A DNA stretch of 56,420 nucleotides from Thioalkalivibrio sp. (GTDB taxonomy: Bacteria > Pseudomonadota > Gammaproteobacteria > Ectothiorhodospirales > Ectothiorhodospiraceae): assembly GCA_046260855.1 (NCBI GenBank), contig JBHEOJ010000001.1, positions 360 through 56,779 of the forward strand. The letters run 5' to 3'. Below, piece after piece: positions 33,598-44,749 of this stretch. Positions within the stretch are counted from its first letter, which is position 1, and every line of letters starts with the position of its first letter. The notes under the pieces were generated by a model, which saw only the letters and a program-made list of their open reading frames with translations, did not search any database and was not told the origin of the DNA. The translations under genes and the position numbers were made by a program.

Positions 33598-36500
33598 ATG
33601 GCCATTCGTGTCGCACTCAATCACCGCTCGGTGTACCGCTTCGACCGTCGGGTGCGCATCTCGCCTCATGTGATCCGGCTGCGCCCGGCGGTGCATACCC
33701 GTACGCCGGTGCTGGCCTATTCCCTTAATATCGAACCCAGGGAGCACTTCATCAACTGGCAGCAGGATCCCTTCGGCAACCTGCTGGCCCGGGTGGTGTT
33801 CCCTGAGCCCATGAGGGAACTCTCGGTCACCGTGGACCTGGTGGCGGAGCTGACGGTCATCAATCCCTTCGATTTCTTCGTGGAGCGCTACGCAGAGAGC
33901 TTTCCTTTCGAGTATGACGGCATCCTGGCCAAGGAGCTGGGCCCCTACCTGGAGATCACCGAAAGCGGTCCATTACTCACGCAGTGGCTGGCGCAGGTCC
34001 GTCGGGATGACCGTGCCATCGTGGACTTCCTGGTGGATCTCAACGGGCGCCTGCAAAGGGACATCGCCTACAGCGTGCGCATGGAGGCCGGTGTGCAGAG
34101 CTGCGAGGACACCCTCACCCGACGCATCGGCTCCTGTCGTGATTCCGCCTGGCTGCTGGTGCAGATCCTGCGTCACCTGGGGCTGGCGGCGCGCTTTGTG
34201 TCCGGTTATCTCGTCCAGCTCACCGCCGACGAGAAGGCACTGGACGGCCCCTCGGGGACCGAGACGGATTTCACCGATCTGCATGCCTGGACCGAGGTGT
34301 TCGTACCCGGCGCCGGCTGGGTAGGCCTGGACCCTACCTCCGGCCTGTTCGCCGGAGAAGGGCATATCCCGCTGGCCTGTACCCCGAGCCCTCTGAGCGC
34401 TGCGCCCATCACCGGCTACACCGAGGCCTGTGAGGTGGCGTTCGAGCACCACAATGTAGTGACCCGTGTCCAAGAGGACCCCCGGGTCACCCGTCCCTAC
34501 AATGACGATCAGTGGGCTGCCATCGACGCTCTGGGCCACAAGGTGGACCAGGACCTCGTGGAAGGCGATGTCCGCCTGACCATGGGTGGCGAGCCCACCT
34601 TCGTGTCCGTGGACGACATGGAGGCTCCCGAGTGGACCACCCACGCCGACGGTGCCCACAAGCGCAAGCTCGCCCGGGAGTTGGGCGGACGGCTGCTGCG
34701 GCGTTTCGGCCCCGGCGGCATGTTCCATCATGGTCAGGGCAAGTGGTATCCGGGCGAGCCCCTGCCGCGCTGGGCCCTGGGCTGTTTCTGGCGCAAGGAC
34801 GGCGAGCCCGTCTGGCGTGACCCCGCCCTGCTGGCAGACATCAGCCAGGACTACGGCCACGGGCGTGAGCAGGCCCTGACCTTTGCCGGTGAGCTCTCCC
34901 GTCACCTGGGTGTGCCGCAAAGCTATCTGGTGGCGGGCTACGAAGACCCGCTGTACTACCTGTGGCGGGAGGGCAACGAACCGGTCAACCGCGACCCGCT
35001 CAAGGTGGACCTGAAAAGCGCCACGGAACGCCGGCGCCTGGCGAAGGTGCTGTCCCAGGGCGTGGACGAGCCGGTGGGCTACGCACTGCCGCTGAGCTGG
35101 GACAATGACCTGTCCCATTGGCGCAGCGGCGTGTGGGAGTTCCGTCGCGGCGAACTGTTCCTGATCCCCGGGGACTCACCCATGGGTCTGCGCCTGCCCC
35201 TGGACAGCCTGCCCTGGGTCGTGCCCGCGGAACGGGACGAACCCCAGGCCCCGAGCCTGTTCGAGGAGCGCCCTGAACTGGGGGATTACTTCGGCGAAGT
35301 GGCCCGGCGTTACAGCCAGTCCACGGATGCGGAGGACCCGCGCAAGGACACCGGCCTGCAGCCCCAGGCGCCGGGAGACGATCCCCAGGAGATCCGCTGG
35401 GTGGAGGTGCCCCATACCAGCCTGTGCGTGGAGGCCAGGGAAGGGCGTCTGCACGTGTTCCTGCCGCCGCTCAGCTTCCTGGAGCACTATCTCGACCTGG
35501 TCTCTGCCGTGGAGGCCACCGCCGCCAGGCTGAAGATGCCCGTGATCCTGGAAGGCTACGAGCCGCCCCGGGACAACCGCCTGGAGCGCCTGCTGGTGAC
35601 CCCGGACCCGGGGGTGATTGAGGTGAACATCCATCCCGCCCCGGACTGGGAACGCCTGCGGGATAATACCCTGGCACTGGCCGAGGAGGCCCGCCAGTCC
35701 CGCCTGGGCACGGAGAAGTTCATGCTGGACGGGCGCCACACCGGCACCGGCGGTGGAAACCACGTGACCTTGGGTGGTGCCACCCCCGCGGACAGTCCCT
35801 TGCTGCGTCGTCCGGACCTGCTGGCCTCGCTGGTCAGTTTCTGGCAGCACCACCCGGGGCTTTCCTACTTGTTCTCGGGCATGTTCCTCGGCCCCACCAG
35901 CCAGGCGCCGCGCATCGACGAGGCGCGCAACGAATCCCTCTACGAACTGGAGATCGCCTTCTCGCAACTGCCGCAGGGTGAGGAAGCGCCCCCCTGGCTG
36001 GTGGACCGGCTGTTTCGCAACCTGCTGGTGGACATCACCGGCAACACCCACCGGGCCGAGTTCTGCATCGACAAGCTCTACTCCCCGGATACCTCTACGG
36101 GCCGCTTGGGCCTGCTGGAGTTGCGTGCCTTCGAGATGCCGCCCCACGCACGCATGAGCCTGGTGCAGATGCTGCTGCTCAGGTCCCTGGTGGCCTGTTT
36201 CTGGCGCGAGCCCTACACTCATCGGCTGGTACGCTGGGGCACGAGCCTGCACGACCGGTTCATGCTGCCCCATTTCGTGGAACGGGACGTGGCCCAGGTG
36301 GTGGAGCATCTCCAGCGTGCTGGCTATCCCTTCCAGGCGGACTGGCTGGCGCCATTCTCCGAATTCCGTTTCCCCCACTACGGGCGGGTGGCCATCGGAG
36401 ATATCCAGATCGAGCTGCGCATGGCCCTGGAACCCTGGCACGTACTGGGCGAGGAGGTTACCCAGGGGGGCACGGCCCGTTACGTGGATTCCTCCGTGGA

Positions 36501-36984
36501 GCGCCTGCAGGTGCGGGTCACCGGACTCACCGAGGGGCGCTACGTGCTGGCCTGCAACGGCCGCCGCGTGCCCCTGCAGGCGACCGGCACCCATGGCGAG
36601 TACGTGGCCGGGGTGCGCTACCGTGCCTGGCAGCCGCCCTCGGCCCTGCACCCCAACATCGGCGTGCACGCCCCCCTGGTGTTCGACCTGATCGACACCT
36701 GGAATGGCCGGGCCATCGGCGGCTGCACCTACCACGTGACCCATCCGGGCGGGCGCAACTACGATGTCTTCCCGGTCAACGCCTTCGAGGCCGAGGCTCG
36801 GCGCATCAGCCGTTTCTGGGATCACGGCCACACCCCCGGCACCCTGCCGCCGCCGCCGGCCCTGGACGCCCTGGCCGAGTTCTACCCCGAAGGCACGCCG
36901 CCCGGCCCCATGGCCCCCCCCACGGAACGTCCGGACCCGGAGTATCCGTGCACGCTGGATCTGCGTCGTCCGCCGCTGGGGTAA
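33598..36984 (+). CDS. Transglutaminase-like domain fused to putative COOH-NH2 ligase/amidoligase (DUF2126-like)
   Basis: N-terminal IRLRP and DPFGN. Triad motifs GSCRD, DLHAW, GLDPT. C-terminal TMGGEPTF, PDPGVIEVN, GGGNHVT, ELRAFEMPP. Confidence 0.88.
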   Translation: MAIRVALNHRSVYRFDRRVRISPHVIRLRPAVHTRTPVLAYSLNIEPREHFINWQQDPFGNLLARVVFPEPMRELSVTVDLVAELTVINPFDFFVERYAESFPFEYDGILAKELGPYLEITESGPLLTQWLAQVRRDDRAIVDFLVDLNGRLQRDIAYSVRMEAGVQSCEDTLTRRIGSCRDSAWLLVQILRHLGLAARFVSGYLVQLTADEKALDGPSGTETDFTDLHAWTEVFVPGAGWVGLDPTSGLFAGEGHIPLACTPSPLSAAPITGYTEACEVAFEHHNVVTRVQEDPRVTRPYNDDQWAAIDALGHKVDQDLVEGDVRLTMGGEPTFVSVDDMEAPEWTTHADGAHKRKLARELGGRLLRRFGPGGMFHHGQGKWYPGEPLPRWALGCFWRKDGEPVWRDPALLADISQDYGHGREQALTFAGELSRHLGVPQSYLVAGYEDPLYYLWREGNEPVNRDPLKVDLKSATERRRLAKVLSQGVDEPVGYALPLSWDNDLSHWRSGVWEFRRGELFLIPGDSPMGLRLPLDSLPWVVPAERDEPQAPSLFEERPELGDYFGEVARRYSQSTDAEDPRKDTGLQPQAPGDDPQEIRWVEVPHTSLCVEAREGRLHVFLPPLSFLEHYLDLVSAVEATAARLKMPVILEGYEPPRDNRLERLLVTPDPGVIEVNIHPAPDWERLRDNTLALAEEARQSRLGTEKFMLDGRHTGTGGGNHVTLGGATPADSPLLRRPDLLASLVSFWQHHPGLSYLFSGMFLGPTSQAPRIDEARNESLYELEIAFSQLPQGEEAPPWLVDRLFRNLLVDITGNTHRAEFCIDKLYSPDTSTGRLGLLELRAFEMPPHARMSLVQMLLLRSLVACFWREPYTHRLVRWGTSLHDRFMLPHFVERDVAQVVEHLQRAGYPFQADWLAPFSEFRFPHYGRVAIGDIQIELRMALEPWHVLGEEVTQGGTARYVDSSVERLQVRVTGLTEGRYVLACNGRRVPLQATGTHGEYVAGVRYRAWQPPSALHPNIGVHAPLVFDLIDTWNGRAIGGCTYHVTHPGGRNYDVFPVNAFEAEARRISRFWDHGHTPGTLPPPPALDALAEFYPEGTPPGPMAPPTERPDPEYPCTLDLRRPPLG

Positions 36985-36994
36985 ATCCAAGGCC

Positions 36995-37164
36995 TTGCCG
37001 CAGAGGCGCGAGAAGACGGAGAGAAAAGAATTTTGACAGGATTTACATGATGAACATGATTTAAAAAACGGGTTTTATGATCTTTGATCTAATCCTGTTA
37101 ATCATGTAAATCCTGTCCAATCCCTTGATTTCTCTCCGTTCCCGTCCCCGCGCCCTTGCGGCAA
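36995..37164. repeat. Nested palindromic element, copy B (inverted relative to copy A)
   Basis: Ends TTGCCGCA / TGCGGCAA. Right part TCCTGTCCAATCCCTTGATTTCTCT matches the reverse complement of the copy A left part. Same 9-bp inner arms. Confidence 0.85.
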
Positions 37165-37210
37165 ATCCCTTCGATCATCACAGGCAGGTTTCTACAGCAG
37201 GATCGGGGTA

Positions 37211-37245
37211 TCCTTCATCCTTCATCCTTCATCCTTCATCCTTGA
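37211..37245 (+). repeat. Heptamer tandem repeat (TCCTTCA)x4-5
   Basis: tccttca tccttca tccttca tccttca tccttga immediately before ATG 37251. Confidence 0.9.
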
Positions 37246-37250
37246 ACCCA

Positions 37251-39803
37251 ATGTCCGCCAGCCCCGACCAACAGCAGCTGCAGGAACAGTACGCGCCCCC
37301 AGGGGATGCGTATGACGAGCTGTGCGTGGCACCGGGGACGCCCCGTGCCCACTGGGCCGGGGTCATGGACTCCCTGGAGTCCCTGGGCCGCGACGGTCTG
37401 CTGGCACGGGCCACGGAGGCCCGGCGGCTGTTGCGGGACAACGGGGTCACGTACAACGTCTATTCCGATCCCCAGGGCATGGAGCGCCCTTGGCCCCTGG
37501 ACCCGCTGCCCATGCTCATGGACAGCGGCGAATGGGCGGGTATCGAGAGCGGGCTGACCCAGCGGGCGGAGCTGCTCAATCTGCTGCTCAAGGATCTCTA
37601 TGGCCCCCGCACACTGATTCGTCAGGGCATCCTCCCCCCGGAACTGGTGTTCGGTCAGCAGGGCTTCCTGCACGCCTGCGACGGCCTGCCCCTGCCGGAT
37701 CATGCCCTGACCCTCTACGCATCGGATCTGGCCCGGGATCCGGACGGGCAGTTGTGGGTGCTGGGGGACCGTACCCAGGCGCCCTCCGGGGCGGGCTATG
37801 CCATGGAGAACCGGGTGGTGCTCTCCCGGGTGTTCCCGAGCCTCTACCGGGATGCCGGTGTGCACCGGCTCACGGGCTTTTTCCAGGCCCTGCGTACGCG
37901 GCTCGCGGCGCTGTCTCCCCGACGGGGTGAAGAACCCCGGGTGGTGCTGCTGTCCCCGGGCCCCCTCAACGAGACCTGGTTCGAACACGTCTATATGGCC
38001 GGCTATCTGGGCTACACCCTGGTCCAGGGTGAGGATCTGGTGGTCTCCGGCGGCCGGGTGTGGCTGCGTTCCCTGGGTGGCCAGGAGCCCGTGGATGTGA
38101 TCCTGCGCCGGGTGGACGACGCCTTCTGTGATCCCCTGGAACTGAATCAAAACTCCCGCCTGGGGGTGCCCGGGCTGCTGGAGGCGGTGCGCCGGGGGCG
38201 GGTAGCCGTGGCCAACCCCCTGGGCAGTGGTCTGCTGGAATCCCCGGCCCTGGCCGCCTACATGCCCGCGATCGGTCGCTATTTCCTGGGCCAGGAACCC
38301 CAATTGCCCACGGTCAGTACCTGGTGGTGCGGGAATAAATTGGGCCGGGATCATGTCCTGTCCCAGCTGGACCGGCTGGTGGTGCGTTCCGTGGACCGCT
38401 CCGAAGCAGCAGGGCGACCCGTGTTCGGCGCCCTGCTGTCTGGGGCCGAGCGCGAGGCGCTCAGGACGCGCATCCAGGCCCATCCTGAACGCTACGTGGG
38501 CCAGGAGCAGATCAACCTGTCCACGGTGCCGGTGCTGAGCGAGGAGGGTGGCCTAGAGGCCCGCCACGGAGCCGTACGCGCCTTCCTGTGCGCACGGCAG
38601 GACGATTACGTGGTCATGCCCGGTGGGCTCACCCGGGTGGCCGGCCGAGATGGAGGCATGGTGGTCTCCAACCAGGCGGGGGGGCTGAGCAAGGACACCT
38701 GGGTACTGGCCTCGGAACCGGAGCCCATTGCCGGGCCCATCTTCTCCGAAGGGCTGGCAGAGGGCTCGGTGCTGGGCATGCAGGCCTCACTGCCCAGCCG
38801 CGTGGCGGAGAACATGTTCTGGCTGGGCCGCTATGCAGAACGGGCCGAGGCCACCCTGCGCCTGTTGCGGGTGACCCTCAAGCGTCGCCGCCTCGCCCAG
38901 GAACTGCCCGCAGCCCACGAGGACGCGGCCCTGCACACCCTGCTGCGGGCCCTGACCCACATGACTACCAGTTATCCCGGTTTTGTGGGCCAGGGGGCGC
39001 TGGAACGCCTGGCCAGCCCGGAGGCGGAACTCTGCGCCCTGATCACCGACGCCCAGCTTCCCGGCAGCCTGCGTTTCACCCTCAACGCCCTGTTCCAGTC
39101 CGCCTATGCCCTGCGCGACCGGGTCTCAGGGGACAGCTGGCGGGTGCTCTCCGCCCTGCGCGAGCAGACACGCGGACTGAACAGTCCGCCCCAGGGCGAT
39201 CCGGAACAGCTGCGCGAACCCATGGACGAGGTGGTGACCCGGCTGCTGGCCCTGGCAGGTCTGGCCCAGGAGAGCACCCTGCGCCAGACCGGCTGGGTGT
39301 TCCTGGATGCCGGTCGACGTCTGGAACGTGCCCTGTTGATGGTCAGCCAGCTGCGCGCCATCCTGGTGGCGCGCCACGAGCCGGTGGCGGAGGGATTGTT
39401 ACTGGAGTCGCTGCTGGCCTGGGGCGAGAGCCTGGCCGCCTATCGCACGGGCCATCGTAACCCGCCGGAGCCCAAGCGGGTACTGGATCTGCTCATGCTG
39501 GAGCACAGCAATCCCCGCTCCCTGATGTTCCAGCTGGAGCGCCTGGAGGAGCACGTCCAGGCCCTGCCGGACCAGCCTCCCTCCGGACGCCTGTCCCCGG
39601 TGGGCCGGCCGCTGCTGGAGGCAATCACGGCCCTGCGTCTCGCGGAGGCCAGGTCGCTTTGCCAGCTGGATGAGGACAGCGGCGTGCGTGCGGCGCTGGA
39701 TCAGTTGCTCAGTCGACAGGGTTACCTGCTGGGCCAGGCGGCGGATGCGCTGTTGGCCCAGTACTTTGCCTTTGCCCACAGTCAGCAGCCGTTGCAGCCC
39801 TGA
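37251..39803 (+). CDS. Second circularly permuted ATP-grasp protein fused to a C-terminal alpha-E domain
   Basis: WPLDPLP, DRTQAPSGAGY, WFEH, RRVDD, PGGLTRV, SKDTW, then LPSRVAENMFWLGRYAERAE, GRRLERA, SNPRSL. Confidence 0.9.
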   Translation: MSASPDQQQLQEQYAPPGDAYDELCVAPGTPRAHWAGVMDSLESLGRDGLLARATEARRLLRDNGVTYNVYSDPQGMERPWPLDPLPMLMDSGEWAGIESGLTQRAELLNLLLKDLYGPRTLIRQGILPPELVFGQQGFLHACDGLPLPDHALTLYASDLARDPDGQLWVLGDRTQAPSGAGYAMENRVVLSRVFPSLYRDAGVHRLTGFFQALRTRLAALSPRRGEEPRVVLLSPGPLNETWFEHVYMAGYLGYTLVQGEDLVVSGGRVWLRSLGGQEPVDVILRRVDDAFCDPLELNQNSRLGVPGLLEAVRRGRVAVANPLGSGLLESPALAAYMPAIGRYFLGQEPQLPTVSTWWCGNKLGRDHVLSQLDRLVVRSVDRSEAAGRPVFGALLSGAEREALRTRIQAHPERYVGQEQINLSTVPVLSEEGGLEARHGAVRAFLCARQDDYVVMPGGLTRVAGRDGGMVVSNQAGGLSKDTWVLASEPEPIAGPIFSEGLAEGSVLGMQASLPSRVAENMFWLGRYAERAEATLRLLRVTLKRRRLAQELPAAHEDAALHTLLRALTHMTTSYPGFVGQGALERLASPEAELCALITDAQLPGSLRFTLNALFQSAYALRDRVSGDSWRVLSALREQTRGLNSPPQGDPEQLREPMDEVVTRLLALAGLAQESTLRQTGWVFLDAGRRLERALLMVSQLRAILVARHEPVAEGLLLESLLAWGESLAAYRTGHRNPPEPKRVLDLLMLEHSNPRSLMFQLERLEEHVQALPDQPPSGRLSPVGRPLLEAITALRLAEARSLCQLDEDSGVRAALDQLLSRQGYLLGQAADALLAQYFAFAHSQQPLQP

Positions 39804-40684
39804 TGAAGTACCGCATCCGCCATGTCACGGAATACCAGTACCCGGAAGCGGTGACCCTGTGTCACAACGAGGCGCGACTCAATCCGCGCAGTACCGCACG
39901 CCAGCGCTGTCTGCTGGCCTCGGTCACCTGCGATCCTGCGCCGGCCTACCGCAGCGAGCGGGAGGATTATTTCGGCAATCGGGTGAGTTTCCTGACCATC
40001 GAACAGGCCCACAATGTCTTGCGGGTGGTGGCCGAGAGTCAGGTGGAGGTGTTTGGAGATTCCGATCAGCTGGCCCTGGGCCGCGACACCCCCTGGGACG
40101 AGACCTGCACGCGCCTGGATACGGAACTGACCGAGGCCATGCTCGTGGCTCGACCCTACCGTCTGGAGTCTCCACGCATTGCCGTATTCAAAGAGCTCGA
40201 GGACTATGCCCGGCCCTCGTTCACCCGGGGTCGCCCCCTGCGCGAGGCGGTCACGGACCTGATGGCGCGTATCCACGGGGAGTTTGATTACGACCCGGAT
40301 TTCACCACGGTGAGCACGCCTCTGGATACGGTGCTGGAGCATCGCAAGGGCGTCTGTCAGGACTTTGCCCACCTGGCCATCGGCTGCCTGCGTGCCATGG
40401 GCCTGGCCGCCCGCTATGTGAGCGGCTACCTGGAAACCCAGCCCCCACCGGGACAGAAAAAGCTTCAGGGCTCCGATGCCTCACACGCCTGGTTCTCGGT
40501 GTTCGACCCGGAACAGGGCTGGCTGGATTTCGACCCCACCAACAACCTGGTCCCCATGGAGCGTCACATCACCCTGGCCTGGGGCCGGGATTACACGGAC
40601 GTGGCGCCCCTGAAGGGGGTGCTGTTCGGAGGCGGGGACGGCCACGGCCTGAACGTGGAGGTGGATGTCATCCCCGAAGGATGA
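39803..40684 (+). CDS. Transglutaminase-like protein
   Basis: Y.IRH.T.Y.Y, DYFGN, triad GVCQDFAH / SHAW / DFDPTN, GRDY.DV.P. Confidence 0.92.
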   Translation: MKYRIRHVTEYQYPEAVTLCHNEARLNPRSTARQRCLLASVTCDPAPAYRSEREDYFGNRVSFLTIEQAHNVLRVVAESQVEVFGDSDQLALGRDTPWDETCTRLDTELTEAMLVARPYRLESPRIAVFKELEDYARPSFTRGRPLREAVTDLMARIHGEFDYDPDFTTVSTPLDTVLEHRKGVCQDFAHLAIGCLRAMGLAARYVSGYLETQPPPGQKKLQGSDASHAWFSVFDPEQGWLDFDPTNNLVPMERHITLAWGRDYTDVAPLKGVLFGGGDGHGLNVEVDVIPEG

Positions 40685-40705
40685 GGGTTGAAGGCAGAAG
40701 GATGA
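40677..40705 (-). repeat. Degenerate heptamer array (TTCATCC family), inverted relative to 37211-37245
   Basis: gaaggat gagggtt gaaggca gaaggat ga, overlapping the transglutaminase stop. Confidence 0.7.
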
Positions 40706-40745
40706 GTGAAACCCCGTAGCAGGACTGCTAAGGGACAATGCTTGA

Positions 40746-40816
40746 ACCACGAAGCACACGAAGAGCACGAAGGATTTTTGATCGAATAGCTTCGTGGTCT
40801 TCGTGTGCTTCGTGGT
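40746..40816. repeat. 27-bp inverted repeat built of 9-bp CACGAAG units
   Basis: ACCACGAAGCACACGAAGAGCACGAAG (40746-772) versus 40790-816, 26/27 complementary. Confidence 0.9.
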
Positions 40817-40854
40817 AATGAACTGGCTTTTTCAGTGAGCGCAGTTCCCAGCGA

Positions 40855-41652
40855 TCACTTCTTTTTCTTGGGGGCCTTTTTGCGGGTACTGACCTGGGTG
40901 CCGCCGCGTTTGCGGCCCTGGGCGGACTCCCAGTCGAAGCGGGGCAGGTCCTGGAAGGCCTTCTTGATGTTCTCGTCCCAGGCGCGCTTGAGGGTCAGCA
41001 GGTAGGCGTCGTCGTTTTCCATGCACAGGTAGTGGTCGAATGCCAGTTTGCCCTTCTCGTAGACCATCACTTCGATGGGCGGGCCCACGGTGACATTGGA
41101 GTGCATGGTGGAGTCGATAGACACCAGGGCGCAGCGGGCGGCGTCTCCCAGGGAGGTCTCGGGCCGGATGATCCGGTCCAGCACGGGCTTGCCGTACTTG
41201 CTCTCGCCGATCTGCAGAAACGGGGTCTGCTCGGAGGTGGTGATGTAGTTGCCCTGGGGGTAGATCATGAAGATCTCGGGGGTGCCTTGTTCGATCTGGC
41301 CGCCCAGGATGAAGCTGGCATCGGAGGTAAAGCCCGCCTTGGTCAGGGCGTCGGTGTGCTTCTCCTGCTCTTCCCGGTTGAGCCGGCCCACGTAGGCGGC
41401 CGCCTCGGACATGTACTGCACGGTATAGAGGCTCTCCTCGGCGCCGTCCTCCATGTCCCGTTTGAGGCGGTTCAGGACCGCCTGGGTGGTGGCCAGGTTA
41501 CCGGCCGCCAGCATCACGAACACCCGCTCTCTCTCCATGTCGAAGGTATGCATCTTGCTGTAAGTGCTGACCTGGTCTGCGCCCGCATTGGTGCGGGAAT
41601 CAGAGGCAAAGATAAGCCCTTCGTCCAGGGCGATGGCGACGCAATAAGTCAT
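40855..41652 (-). CDS. Proteasome-type Ntn peptidase (Anbu family)
   Basis: N-terminal MTYC (Thr1 nucleophile after Met removal), SDSRTNAG, GNLATTQ, IYPQGN, QIGESKYGKP.LDR, NVTVGPPI. Confidence 0.9.
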   Translation of the reverse strand: MTYCVAIALDEGLIFASDSRTNAGADQVSTYSKMHTFDMERERVFVMLAAGNLATTQAVLNRLKRDMEDGAEESLYTVQYMSEAAAYVGRLNREEQEKHTDALTKAGFTSDASFILGGQIEQGTPEIFMIYPQGNYITTSEQTPFLQIGESKYGKPVLDRIIRPETSLGDAARCALVSIDSTMHSNVTVGPPIEVMVYEKGKLAFDHYLCMENDDAYLLTLKRAWDENIKKAFQDLPRFDWESAQGRKRGGTQVSTRKKAPKKKK

Positions 41653-41748
41653 GATGTTGGGTCTGGGCTAACGGTGCGGAAGATGAGCGACGATGTTAGG
41701 CGGGCAAGGGCCCCGGGTCAATGAAGGCCATAGCGGACAGTACCCCAC

Positions 41749-41780
41749 AAAAAAGGCCCTGGGTGCAACCCGGGGCCTTT
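41749..41780 (-). terminator. Intrinsic terminator of acs
   Basis: AAAAAAGGCCCTGGGT-gca-ACCCGGGGCCTTT, which gives hairpin plus U-tract on the minus strand. Confidence 0.75.
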
Positions 41781-41782
41781 AA

Positions 41783-41812
41783 CTTGCCTCTAGCAACTTG
41801 TCTCTTGCCTCT
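41783..41812. repeat. Degenerate heptamer array (CTTGCCT family)
   Basis: cttgcct ctagcaa cttgtct cttgcct ct, with a related array at 50945-50974. Confidence 0.65.
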
Positions 41813-41820
41813 GCGCCTTC

Positions 41821-43764
<1,944 letters not shown>

Positions 43765-43992
43765 GGGCCTCTCTCCTCGTGTTCAGTGCTTTCACGAATG
43801 CTCGGTTTGACCGGGTCTTGTGTGCTGACCGGGCGCTGTCGTGGCGGCTCGGAAAACATCGATTGTGACTGCTTCCAAGAATAACACGCTCATGGGAATG
43901 TGCGGACTGTCGCAGCTTGACCCGGAGGCGTGTTTGCCGCTACGGTCCGTGCACTACGCGTGCGTGTGATCATCGAGCCTGGCACTTGCCCC

Positions 43993-44673
43993 ATGACAGC
44001 TGAAAGCCCTCTGCAGAAACCCTTCCAGGCCAGGATTACCGACTGGCTGCACACACTGCGTCACTACCTGAGCCTAGGCCACGGGCGCCGCCGTGACGTC
44101 GCCCTCGACGGGCCCGAGCGGCTGCGCGAATTTCTCGATACCCGCGCCAGTTTCATCGCCCAGACCTCCCTCTATGGCTACCTGCGTACCCGTGCGGGCA
44201 TGCGCTATCCGGAGCTGTTCAACGACCAGGTGTTCGTGGACTCGATCAACATTGCCAAGTGGCATATGTGGCTGGCCTGCCTGTCGGATATCGGTGTGTT
44301 CGCGGGAGGCCTCCTGGTGAATCGCCAGCCCGGGTCAGAGGAAGAGGTCAAGGCGCTGGTGAGCGCCTTGGTGCGTGAGTTGGTCGAGGAAAAGGGTCAT
44401 CCCGAAGAAGCGGATGATGAATTTCCCGCCCATGCCCTTAAGGTCATCGAGCGCATGGAGACCTGCGATTTTTTCTGCATTACTGATGACGAGGCCTGCT
44501 TCAGCGAGAGCCCCGAGGCCCTGGTCCGCTGGGCGCCGATCGTCGATCAGCTCAAGCAGCTCGATGCGGAGATCGTGCGCAATTCTGTGCGTTTTCACTG
44601 GCAGGAGGTGCGCCGCGATCTGCGTCGCAACCTGGATGCCCAGGCCCTGCTGGCAGAACGCCAGGCCTTTTGA
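43993..44673 (+). CDS. Hypothetical protein
   Basis: Clean 226-aa ORF divergent from acs, containing F...RA.FIAQ.SLYGYLRTRAG and NSVRF.W. Confidence 0.75.
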   Translation: MTAESPLQKPFQARITDWLHTLRHYLSLGHGRRRDVALDGPERLREFLDTRASFIAQTSLYGYLRTRAGMRYPELFNDQVFVDSINIAKWHMWLACLSDIGVFAGGLLVNRQPGSEEEVKALVSALVRELVEEKGHPEEADDEFPAHALKVIERMETCDFFCITDDEACFSESPEALVRWAPIVDQLKQLDAEIVRNSVRFHWQEVRRDLRRNLDAQALLAERQAF

Positions 44674-44749
44674 TCCCCGTAGTCCTGGACCCTGCTGCCC
44701 TGTTGGAAGGGGCGATGTCTGCCGTGGCCGAGACACAGGCCTGCTTGCC

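Noticed and set aside
37125-37250. N-terminal extension of the 892-aa ORF (SSFILHPSS)
   Set aside because: This is translation of the palindrome and heptamer repeats. The real start is probably ATG 37251.
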